64,000 nucleotides of DNA. It comes from Candidatus Magasanikiibacteriota bacterium (GTDB lineage: Bacteria; Patescibacteriota; Patescibacteriia; Magasanikbacterales; UBA922). Shown one piece after another: positions 47,603 to 55,777 of this stretch (its first letter is position 1; each line of letters opens with the position of its first letter). A program made the translations under genes and the position numbers. The notes beneath the pieces are model-generated. The model did no database searches, was not told where the DNA came from, and saw only the letters and a program-made list of their open reading frames with translations. The stretch is from assembly GCA_041674805.1 (NCBI GenBank), contig JBAYVA010000001.1, positions 198,612 through 262,611 of the forward strand. Direction: 5' to 3'.

Positions 47603-48550
47603 ATGGGATCAATACTAGCAAAAGGGGCTATCCTTTTCAGCATTACCTTACTTATTACGGGATGTAATGTGGACGTCGGCTCAAAACTAAATACTGAAAC
47701 AAAAGAAAACCTGGATTCAACTGTAGTTGAAAATCAAGATTCAATTAAAGAAGACACTAAAAAAGAATCTAACATCGTAGAGACTGGTGAAGACAAAGTA
47801 TCTTCTGATGTAGAGGAGGAATCTAAAATCGAAGAAGCTAATAAAGAAGAAAAAACTTCGGCTACTCCAACAAAGACATCTCAAACAGTCCAAGTTGTTA
47901 TCAAAGATAAACAAGGAAATGAATTATATAATGATTTTTCTGTTGCTTTTGAAGAAAAAGAAACGGGTAAACAGATTCGTAAATTTCCTACAGGTAAAAT
48001 GCTAGTTTTTTCCAATGTTCCTGTTGGGGAATATAATTTAATTGTACATCCTGTGGTAAGAGATAGTTACACAGAAACAATATATAAATATCAAAAGATG
48101 GATATTTCAATTCTTGGAGATAGTAATGAAGATGTAAGAACAATTGTAATTACAGCTGAAGATAAACCAGAGGAACAAACAGAATCTTCTAGTACTTCTC
48201 AAGAATCTCAAGCTAGTGATAATACTAATGATGTAGCTCCTAGTGTAGCAACAAAAACGTCTCAAACATTTCAAATTATAATTAAAGATTCACAAGGAAA
48301 TGAAATATACGATAGATTTACTGTTGCCTTTGAAGAAAAAAGTACAGGTAAACAAATACGTAAATTCCCTACAGGAAGTATGCTTATTTTTTCTAAGGTC
48401 CCTGCTGGAGAATATAACTTACTTATAAGTCCTGTATTAAAAGTAGGTGAAACAGAAACAATATACAAATCACAAAAGATGGATGTTTCAGTTCCTGGAG
48501 ATAGTAATGAAGATGTAAGGACACTTGTAGCAATGGCTGAAGTCAAATAA
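47603..48550 (+). CDS. Lipoprotein with two about 110-aa tandem repeats (Ig/carboxypeptidase-regulatory-like beta domains)
   Basis: Lipobox LITGC. The repeat TSQT.Q..IKD.QGNE.Y..F.VAFEEK.TGKQIRKFPTG.ML.FS.VP.GEYNL occurs twice. Confidence 0.6.
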   Translation: MGSILAKGAILFSITLLITGCNVDVGSKLNTETKENLDSTVVENQDSIKEDTKKESNIVETGEDKVSSDVEEESKIEEANKEEKTSATPTKTSQTVQVVIKDKQGNELYNDFSVAFEEKETGKQIRKFPTGKMLVFSNVPVGEYNLIVHPVVRDSYTETIYKYQKMDISILGDSNEDVRTIVITAEDKPEEQTESSSTSQESQASDNTNDVAPSVATKTSQTFQIIIKDSQGNEIYDRFTVAFEEKSTGKQIRKFPTGSMLIFSKVPAGEYNLLISPVLKVGETETIYKSQKMDVSVPGDSNEDVRTLVAMAEVK

Positions 48551-48567
48551 ATATAAAAAGATATATA

Positions 48568-48634
48568 AAAAAGAACGTGACAAAATCACGTTCTTTTTTG
48601 GCTCTCTGTATGGGATGAGGTTGGAACTTTTTTT
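48568..48634. repeat. 67-bp element, copy 2 (it also acts as the terminator of the lipoprotein gene)
   Basis: See 47460-47528. Confidence 0.6.
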
Positions 48635-48710
48635 ACAAACAAAAAACTAGTTATAAATAGCTGATTTTGTTAGTGGGGGAGAGACTATTTTAAAGCTGAT
48701 ATTAAGAATT

Positions 48711-49703
48711 TTATTCAATTCTAGCGACTAAATCTTGTATTTTGAATGTTGTAAAGTATAAATCAGCACACTCTATAGCAAAAACTTCAATATCATCACG
48801 ACCGTGTTCATCCAGCAAATCACGAATATTATTTATTTCTTTTAGAGGTACACCAATAGCCTTAATTATTTCTGGTAAAATTGATCTCATAGTACGGACT
48901 TCATGTGCTGATCCTAGAGGGGGTTTTTGAAAAGGAATTTTATTTTTATCAAGACATAAAATAATTCCTATATTGTTTGGTATATCAGATTCACCATTTA
49001 GAAGGTTGTTTGCTGTTGTTTGAAAAGTAGTATCATTACGATAGCTTCTTGTCCAATTTCTAAGTTTATTTTCATATTTTGTAGCCCTTTCTTTTTTAAT
49101 ACCTACTCTTTGTTTGTGCTTTTTAATATATTCTAATCCTGCCTTTGAGATTTTTTCGGCACGAACTGAATCTGCCATAAAAAATCTAAAAAAATCATTT
49201 GGATCACCAAGTTGCCATTCTGGCTTATTGTCTTTTGTCATGTATTTTGCTGCAAACCATTTTGCATAAAAATAGCTACCAGCTAAAGATACACTTTCCA
49301 TATCACCATCAGGCATCCAAGGGTCTTCATGAATTTTCAAACCTTCATCTAGAATTTTTTCAAAAAGTTGAACTGTATTAGGGGTATCTTGTTGATCAGT
49401 ACTATATTTGTCCCTATCATATTTATAAAAACCTGTACCATGATATAATAAATCTTTTTTTAATCCTTCTTCTGGTGTGCCAAAAAGTTTTTCTAGTTGT
49501 TTTTTTTGTTCTTTATAAGCTGTATTGACTTCTGGACTTGGAAGTCCTTCTACATCTAAATATTCTATGATTTTTTTATCAAGTAATTCGGGTGTTCGTA
49601 TTCTTATCATTTCTAAAAGAAATTGTTTATTTTGTTCGTGTGTAGATTCTAGGAGTTCTTCTCCTGTTGCGAGCATATGCTCATATCTAGCTCTTTCACC
49701 CAT
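48711..49703 (-). CDS. Hypothetical protein (330 aa), adjacent to the intron-containing tRNA
   Basis: ORF only; no recognisable motif. Confidence 0.4.
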   Translation of the reverse strand: MGERARYEHMLATGEELLESTHEQNKQFLLEMIRIRTPELLDKKIIEYLDVEGLPSPEVNTAYKEQKKQLEKLFGTPEEGLKKDLLYHGTGFYKYDRDKYSTDQQDTPNTVQLFEKILDEGLKIHEDPWMPDGDMESVSLAGSYFYAKWFAAKYMTKDNKPEWQLGDPNDFFRFFMADSVRAEKISKAGLEYIKKHKQRVGIKKERATKYENKLRNWTRSYRNDTTFQTTANNLLNGESDIPNNIGIILCLDKNKIPFQKPPLGSAHEVRTMRSILPEIIKAIGVPLKEINNIRDLLDEHGRDDIEVFAIECADLYFTTFKIQDLVARIE

Positions 49704-49819
49704 AAAATTATTGTTATTTTTTATACTTTAATATATTCTACCATTTTTTAAAAAATAAATCTAAGTATTTTATATTTATATAACAAAAAAACGCTAATTA
49801 AAGCGTTTAAATGTGTTTG

Positions 49820-50321
49820 CTCGGCGAGTGGGGCTCGAACCCACGACCCACTGGTTACAGTTTCCTCTCTCTTTCGAAAAAGACTGGACTATTTCATCAC
49901 CCATGCCATAAGCCCCGATAAATCGGGGAGCATTAAGGGTGCGGAGCGCTTCGAATCCGTTTCTGCGAATCCTACTCCCACAAGGGGATAGTCTCTGAAC
50001 CTTCTTATTTTTTCAGAAGTATTTGTTTATAGACAAACCTTGAAAACAAGGATCTACAATTTATTACTTCAATTTTACCGAGGTAAAAATTTGAAAAGAT
50101 AAGCTTGGCTGCAGGTTGCCATCTTGACCTAAATCAAGAACAGGTTTCCTGTCTAACAAATCTATTTAGATCTGCAGTTTCTGCTATTACAATTAAGTAA
50201 GACAGAACAGTTCACTCCGTTGGCACTGTGGTGTTTCCACCGCAGGCTGCTATATTTAATTCCAATAAATCAGAATTACTTCTTTTAACAGCCAGTTGCT
50301 CTACCGCTGAGCTACCGCCGA
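49820..50321 (-). tRNA. tRNA-Asn(GUU) interrupted by a ~430-nt group I intron in the anticodon loop. Exons are 50288-50321 and 49820-49857; the intron is 49858-50287. CCA is not encoded.
   Basis: The joined exons give a 72-nt cloverleaf: UCGGCGG-UA-GCUC-AGCGGUA-GAGC-A-ACUGG-CUGUUAA-CCAGU-GGGUC-GUGGG-UUCGAGC-CCCAC-UCGCCGA-G. The intron carries group I R (GUUCAGAGACUA) and S (AAAUAGUCC) elements forming P7. The 5' exon ends in U and the intron ends in G. Confidence 0.65.
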
Positions 50322-50385
50322 ATTTGAATTGTAAATATTTTTTGTATAACTCTGTACGTTTTAACTCCCGACAAGTCGGGACTAT

Positions 50386-50415
50386 CGCTGAGCTACCGCC
50401 GAATATTTGAATTGT
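50386..50415. repeat. Direct repeat of the tRNA 5' end plus 11 nt of upstream flank (28 of 30 nt identical to 50305-50332), with a CCCGAC hairpin in between
   Basis: Read directly. Confidence 0.6.
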
Positions 50416-50620
50416 GCTTATTTTATTACAAATAAACCGCTAAAAGTATAACATAGTGTTTTTTCTTTGTCAATAAAAAAGTTGTCCACTGCTTTTTTGT
50501 CTAAAACAAGATTATTTAGCTATTTTTTGTGTATAAATGGAAATAGACAAAATGACAAAAAAGTTATAAAATAGATAAGCTCATATAAAATAAAAAAGTT
50601 TTGCAAAATTTTCACAATTT

Positions 50621-51844
50621 ATGCGTAAACAATATATTATTCTTCCTGTTTTTCTTATTCTAGTTTTGTCTGGAAGTTTTTTTATTTTTGTAGAGAAGGA
50701 TGAAGTAAAAAAAGAAGCTACAACTACTTATGCCGAAGAAACCAAAGGTATTCAAGTAGAACAAAATTATGATATCAAAACTCATATTGTTAGTGAAAAT
50801 GAAACTTTTGCCGATATTATGCAAAATGAATTTGCTATCAATTACAATCAAATGTTAGATATTTTGGAAGTCGCATCTTCTACTTATGATTTAACAAAAA
50901 TAAAAGTAGGACAGCCATTGCGTCTAGCCAAAGATGAAAGTAACAAAAATATTTATTTAGAATACGAACTTGGTAAAGAAAGTTATATTCATATTGATTT
51001 TTTACTTGACAATAATTTTAAAATAGAAAAAAAGTCTATTAGTTATGATACAAAAGTTATCAAACAAAGTGCCAGTATCAATAACTCTATGTATTTGGAT
51101 GGTTTAGCTCAAAATATTCCTGAAGGAGTGATTATTGAATTTGCTGATATTTTTGCTTGGACTATAGATTTTTCCGTACAAGTTCAAAAAGATGATAAAT
51201 TTGAAATACTCTATGAACAAAGATTTCGAGATGGCAAAGAAGCTGGCTATGGTCGTATTTTGGCAGGAAAATTTGTAAATAGTGGCAAAATTTTTACTGC
51301 CTATTTATTTGAAGATGCTGAAGGCAAAGCAACATATTATAGTGCCGAAGGAGAAAATTTACAAAAACAATTTTTGAAAGCACCACTAGAATTCAAAAGA
51401 ATAACTTCTGGTTATACTTACGCTCGTTTTGATCCTATCAATTATACTAAACAAAAACATCTAGCTATTGATTATGCTGCACCAATAGGCACACCGGTTA
51501 TGTCAGTAGGGGATGGTACTGTGGAATTTGTAGGTTGGAACAATCAAGGCTTTGGTAATTTTATCAGTATTCATCACAATGATACTTATACTACTCAATA
51601 TGCTCATTTGTCAGGTTTTGCCAAAGGTCTAAAAAAAGGTGATCAAGTTGTACAAGGTGAAGTTATTGGTTATGTTGGTAGCACCGGACATTCTACTGGC
51701 CCACATTTACATTATCAGATAAAAGAAAATGGAGCATTGGTGAATCCGATGAATCTTGATTTGCCAGCTGGTGATCCTGTGCCTGAAGAAAAACGCAGTG
51801 AGTTTAAAAAAATTGTTGCAGAGTATAATGATTTGATGAAATAA
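50621..51844 (+). CDS. M23 family (LytM-type) peptidoglycan endopeptidase, membrane anchored
   Basis: HLAIDYAAPIGTPV, HHNDTYTTQYAHL, GSTGHSTGPHLHYQI. Confidence 0.85.
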   Translation: MRKQYIILPVFLILVLSGSFFIFVEKDEVKKEATTTYAEETKGIQVEQNYDIKTHIVSENETFADIMQNEFAINYNQMLDILEVASSTYDLTKIKVGQPLRLAKDESNKNIYLEYELGKESYIHIDFLLDNNFKIEKKSISYDTKVIKQSASINNSMYLDGLAQNIPEGVIIEFADIFAWTIDFSVQVQKDDKFEILYEQRFRDGKEAGYGRILAGKFVNSGKIFTAYLFEDAEGKATYYSAEGENLQKQFLKAPLEFKRITSGYTYARFDPINYTKQKHLAIDYAAPIGTPVMSVGDGTVEFVGWNNQGFGNFISIHHNDTYTTQYAHLSGFAKGLKKGDQVVQGEVIGYVGSTGHSTGPHLHYQIKENGALVNPMNLDLPAGDPVPEEKRSEFKKIVAEYNDLMK

Positions 51845-51976
51845 ATAAGCAAATTAAGCAAGGTAAGCAGAATAGGCAGAATAAGTTGTAAGCCTCGTAA
51901 GCATATGTTTAATTAGAGAACCTTTCAAAAATATATTTAATAAAAAATAATTAATAACATTTAAATTTAAAACGCT

Positions 51977-52330
51977 ATGCAAGACATACAAGAAATTTTT
52001 AATAAAATAGAAGAATCAAAAAAAGAAATGAAAGATATCAAAGCTACTTACAAAGGTGCTTTGGAAAATGTACAAGAATACATGGAAATACAAGAACAAA
52101 TGAAAGCTTTACGTGAAAAGAAAAAACGTGTGGAAGAAACTGTCAAAGCTCAATTTGCTAGTGAAATTACCAAATTAGAAGATTTGAAAATTGATATAGA
52201 ATCAGATATGGAACTTTTGGCAGATATTGCTATTTCCAAAATCGCCAAAGGTGAAAGTATTGGTATCACAGACAAATATAGCAATGAATATGAACCTACT
52301 TTCAAAGTAAAATTCAAAAAAGTAACTTAA
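51977..52330 (+). CDS. Small hypothetical coiled-coil protein
   Basis: ORF only. Confidence 0.4.
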   Translation: MQDIQEIFNKIEESKKEMKDIKATYKGALENVQEYMEIQEQMKALREKKKRVEETVKAQFASEITKLEDLKIDIESDMELLADIAISKIAKGESIGITDKYSNEYEPTFKVKFKKVT

Positions 52331-52384
52331 ATTAGCTAAAAAATTATCCACATTTGACCATTTTTTTGAAAGTGAGATACTAGG

Positions 52385-52642
52385 TTGCAGTTAATTTTTA
52401 ATATAAAAAATATGACAGCAGTTGTCTATTCTACACCTAGTTGCCCATACTGCAACATGGCCAAAGATTATTTCAAAGCAAATAACGTAGATTTTGTTGA
52501 CTACAATGTAGTACAAGATTATGACAAGGCTGAAGAAATGGTCAAAAAATCAGGACAAATGGGCGTACCAGTTATTGATTTGAATGGTACTATCATTGTT
52601 GGTTTTGATAAAGCAAAAATCAATGCAATACTTGGATTATAA
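52385..52642 (+). CDS. Glutaredoxin-like protein (NrdH/Grx family)
   Basis: VVYSTPSCPYCNMAKDYF CPYC active site; 85 aa. Confidence 0.75.
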   Translation: MQLIFNIKNMTAVVYSTPSCPYCNMAKDYFKANNVDFVDYNVVQDYDKAEEMVKKSGQMGVPVIDLNGTIIVGFDKAKINAILGL

Positions 52643-52669
52643 AACTAATTCAACAGATACAGCAAGAAA

Positions 52670-52702
52670 TAAAAACGTTCTCAAAATTGAGAATGTTTTT
52701 GT
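52670..52702 (+). terminator. Hairpin terminator (aacgttctca-aaat-tgagaatgtt followed by T5), a sibling of the terminator at 10618
   Basis: Read directly. Confidence 0.55.
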
Positions 52703-52889
52703 TTATAAAGTCACAATGTAGATACTTTGCTAAATTAAAATTTTGTGTTAAAATATAGCAATCATTAAATCATTAAAATTTTCTAGATAATTTTTTAGAA
52801 TCAATTAAAAGTATTATTATCTAGAAATATTTATTTTAAAAAATGATCCCTCTCCGTCCTTCGGCGGTTCGGGATGACGGAAAAATATT

Positions 52890-53477
52890 ATGTCAAAAGA
52901 AATAGTATTAGATATTGAAACAATAGGGGATATACGTGAATTTGATAAACTTGAAGTCACTGTAGTTTCTATTTATGAATATGAAAACGATAAATATACT
53001 TCTTTTGAAAAACATGAATTAGGGAATTTGTGGCCAATACTAGAAAAAGCTGAAAGAATAATTGGTTTCAATAGTGAACATTTTGATTTGCCAATTTTAG
53101 ACAAATATTACGCTGGAAATTTGTTGGCTTTTCCTCAGCTGGATATGTTGAAAGTTGTCAAAGATATGAGTGGCAAAAGATATAAATTAAATGATCTTGC
53201 CAAAGCTACTTTGCAAATTGAAAAAAGTGCAGATGGTCTACAAGCTATAGAATGGTTCAAAGAAGGTAAGCTAGATGAAATCAAAAAATATTGTGAACAA
53301 GATGTCAAAGTTACTAAAGAACTTTATGAATATGGTAAGAAAAACAAGATGATTTATTTCCCAACTTTGACTGGAGAAATACAACCGATTGGAGTCAATT
53401 TTGATATGCCAGTACAAGCTACAAATTCATTTGGACAAGCTATTGGTGGAGGAATCAATTTGACATTGCCACTATAA
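52890..53477 (+). CDS. DEDD-type 3'-5' exonuclease-like (RNase H-like fold) protein
   Basis: N-terminal VLDIETIGD (Exo I-like) and HFDLPIL (Exo II-like); the assignment is weak. Confidence 0.4.
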   Translation: MSKEIVLDIETIGDIREFDKLEVTVVSIYEYENDKYTSFEKHELGNLWPILEKAERIIGFNSEHFDLPILDKYYAGNLLAFPQLDMLKVVKDMSGKRYKLNDLAKATLQIEKSADGLQAIEWFKEGKLDEIKKYCEQDVKVTKELYEYGKKNKMIYFPTLTGEIQPIGVNFDMPVQATNSFGQAIGGGINLTLPL

Positions 53478-53557
53478 AAGCAGAATAAGCAGATTAAGAT
53501 TTTATAATAAAAAAATAGACTAAATAACTTAGTCTATTTTATTTTGAAAAGATGTGC

Positions 53558-53595
53558 CTCCGCCCGCGTTGTCTTGTCGACTCCGCGGGCGGTAC
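53558..53595 (-). terminator. GC-clamp hairpin terminator (ccgcccgcg ... cgcgggcgg) for the small hydrophobic-peptide gene
   Basis: 9-bp perfect GC stem, followed on the minus strand by a U-rich tract. Confidence 0.55.
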
Positions 53596-53598
53596 TCC

Positions 53599-53736
53599 TT
53601 ACTTCTTCTGCGTGGCCTTTCCGGCCTTGGGGTTGTGTCCCCCAAAGGCGGTGACGACGAGGAAGAGGATCGGATAGGCGATAATGCCAATAATGATCAA
53701 GATGATCATCGCCAGCATCTTAAAAAAATCTACCAT
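53599..53736 (-). CDS. 45-aa hydrophobic peptide (MVDFFKMLAMIILIIIGIIAYPILFLVVTAFGGHNPKAGKATQKK) inside a GC-rich island; type I toxin-like or small membrane protein
   Basis: Manually translated. Preceded by AGGAGAGGG and followed by the GC-clamp terminator. Local GC is about 55-60% against a background of about 30%. Confidence 0.4.
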   Translation of the reverse strand: MVDFFKMLAMIILIIIGIIAYPILFLVVTAFGGHNPKAGKATQKK

Positions 53737-53850
53737 ACCCTCTCCTTGCTCCTCGCACCGCGCGAAGAACCTTCATATTTAACTACTTTTTTAATCGAAT
53801 GTCAATAAAAAAAGCAACTATGCTTGTGTAGTTGCTTTTATGTTTTCATG

Positions 53851-54495
53851 TCAACGTCCTTTCCTCACATTTCTATTTTCATATTCTATCATAATTTTTT
53901 CCATATCTTTTTCATTCAAATCTGGTAAAAATTTATCATAAAAAATAAATTCACTGTAAGCTGCTTGCCATAGACAAAAATTTGATAATCTTTGTTCGCC
54001 ACTAGTTCTGACAATCAAATCAAGAGGAGGAACTTCTAAATATTTTTCAAAATTATTTCCACCTTTTTTGACAGCGCGTCTGATTTCATCGTGACTACCA
54101 TAGTCTATACAAAGTATTAAATTGAATTTTTTAAAGTTTTTTGTTTTTTCTTCTAAGTTGGCTATTTTTTTGGCAAGAGAATTTGGTATTCTATCTTTTC
54201 TACCAGCGTGTATAAATTTTATTTTTTTTTCAATAATTTTTGATTCCCAATTATCACAAACTTCTTCAAACAGATTCATTAAATCTTTTATTTCCATCGG
54301 AGTTCTTTTCCAATTTTCAGTTGAAAAAGTGTATATTACTAATGTATCAAAATTTTTATGATTATAAAGATATTCTAAAATGACATCTTTTATAATGTCT
54401 TTAACTCTATGATAAGCTGCTAGAGCTGGTAGATTTTTATTTTTGGCCCAACGTCTATTGCCGTCAGCAATTAAACCAAATTTTAGTTTTGGCAT
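53851..54495 (-). CDS. uppS: Isoprenyl transferase (undecaprenyl-diphosphate synthase family)
   Basis: GLIADGNRRWAK signature. Confidence 0.85.
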   Translation of the reverse strand: MPKLKFGLIADGNRRWAKNKNLPALAAYHRVKDIIKDVILEYLYNHKNFDTLVIYTFSTENWKRTPMEIKDLMNLFEEVCDNWESKIIEKKIKFIHAGRKDRIPNSLAKKIANLEEKTKNFKKFNLILCIDYGSHDEIRRAVKKGGNNFEKYLEVPPLDLIVRTSGEQRLSNFCLWQAAYSEFIFYDKFLPDLNEKDMEKIMIEYENRNVRKGR

Positions 54496-54573
54496 AGGTA
54501 AGAGTACTGATTAGACAAATATTAAACGAAAAAACACAAATATAATCTGTATAAATCTGTTTGACTCAATGTT

Positions 54574-55278
54574 TTAAAATATCTCAAACTTAATATTCTT
54601 CATATCAACATTGCTATCAATCAATAATTTACGAATATCTTTGACCATGTCTGGACTACCACAAAGGTAAAATTGATTATTTTTTTTGTCAATTATTTTT
54701 TCTGGTAGATGAGCACTGACACGTCCACTGTTTCCTTTCCAATTTTCACTAGGTCTGGATAATGTAAAATCAAAAGAAAAATTTGTATATGTATTTGATA
54801 ATTCTTCTAATTCTTTTATATAAAAAATATCTTCTTCATATCTAATACCAAATAGTAAATAGATTTTACTTTTGTGGCCGTAGTCTTCCAAAGAAGTTCT
54901 TAGCATTGAGACTATTGGAGCGACGCCACTACCTGTGGCGACGTAAGTTCTTTCAATATCATTTTCGTTTATTATGAAATGTCCCATTGGATTAGAAATA
55001 TTTATTTTTTCTCCTACAATAACATTTTTGATAATTTCAGATGCTTGTCCACCTTCCAAACATTTGATACATAAGTCAATAGTTATATCACTTGGTTTGG
55101 AAAAAATAGAATAAGATCTTTTGATATCTGTAAAAAAGATTTGTAAAAATTGTCCAGGTAAAAAAGAATAATTTTCTGGTTTTTGTAATTTTAGGCAAAC
55201 AGTGTCTTTGTTTAAGTATTTTTTTTCTAATATTTGGCTTTGATAACTTGTTATATTCATATTATACACATTTGACAA
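54574..55278 (-). CDS. FAD/NAD(P)-binding oxidoreductase (ferredoxin-NADP reductase-like)
   Basis: RSYSI (RxYS FAD motif) and GSGVAPIVSML (NAD-binding). Confidence 0.6.
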   Translation of the reverse strand: MSNVYNMNITSYQSQILEKKYLNKDTVCLKLQKPENYSFLPGQFLQIFFTDIKRSYSIFSKPSDITIDLCIKCLEGGQASEIIKNVIVGEKINISNPMGHFIINENDIERTYVATGSGVAPIVSMLRTSLEDYGHKSKIYLLFGIRYEEDIFYIKELEELSNTYTNFSFDFTLSRPSENWKGNSGRVSAHLPEKIIDKKNNQFYLCGSPDMVKDIRKLLIDSNVDMKNIKFEIF

Positions 55279-55364
55279 AGGATTTAAAATATTATATCAT
55301 ACCACCCAAGTATAATATATCTTTTACTTATTAACCCATTTTTGGGATATAAAATTTATTTAAT

Positions 55365-55772
55365 ATGATTAGCATCAATCGACAAAGTGATTATGCAATA
55401 CAATTGGTCGTAGCTTTATCCAAAGTTAACGAAAAGGAACCATTAAGTCTTAGGAAATTCTCTACAGATAGTAACATATCTTTTCTCTTTTTGCAACGTA
55501 TTGCTAGATCACTAAAAAATGCAAAATTGATTGATTCTAATAGAGGTATGTATGGGGGTTATTTTTTAGTAAAAGATATCAAAAAAATTACTGTTAAAGA
55601 AATTATGGAAGGTGTGGAAGGAACTTTTGGAGTAACAGCTTGTTTCCGAGGTCATACTTGCCCTCGTTCTAAGACCTGTACTGCCAAACAAGTTTTGAAT
55701 AGTCTTAATCTACAATTAGATAAAATTTTATCTAATATGGTTGTTGCTGATTATATTGTTAAATCCAAATAA
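55365..55772 (+). CDS. Rrf2 family transcriptional regulator (IscR-like)
   Basis: N-terminal wHTH SDYAIQLVVALS... and three C-terminal Cys (CFRGHTCPRSKTC). Confidence 0.75.
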   Translation: MISINRQSDYAIQLVVALSKVNEKEPLSLRKFSTDSNISFLFLQRIARSLKNAKLIDSNRGMYGGYFLVKDIKKITVKEIMEGVEGTFGVTACFRGHTCPRSKTCTAKQVLNSLNLQLDKILSNMVVADYIVKSK

Positions 55773-55777
55773 AAGAT

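Noticed and set aside
49858-50287. Alternative reading of the tRNA-Asn interruption as a tmRNA/RNase P RNA or as two tRNA pseudogene fragments
   Set aside because: The two flanks join into a perfect single cloverleaf with matched acceptor strands and an intact anticodon stem. The insert carries the group I R/S (P7) consensus. There are no tmRNA tag-reading-frame features and no RNase P P4 elements.
53554-53808. Plus-strand 84-aa ORF in the GC-rich island
   Set aside because: The protein is low-complexity (PPPALSCRLRGRYSLLLL...) and exists only because of the high GC. The minus-strand 45-aa hydrophobic ORF with an RBS and terminator is the more plausible gene.
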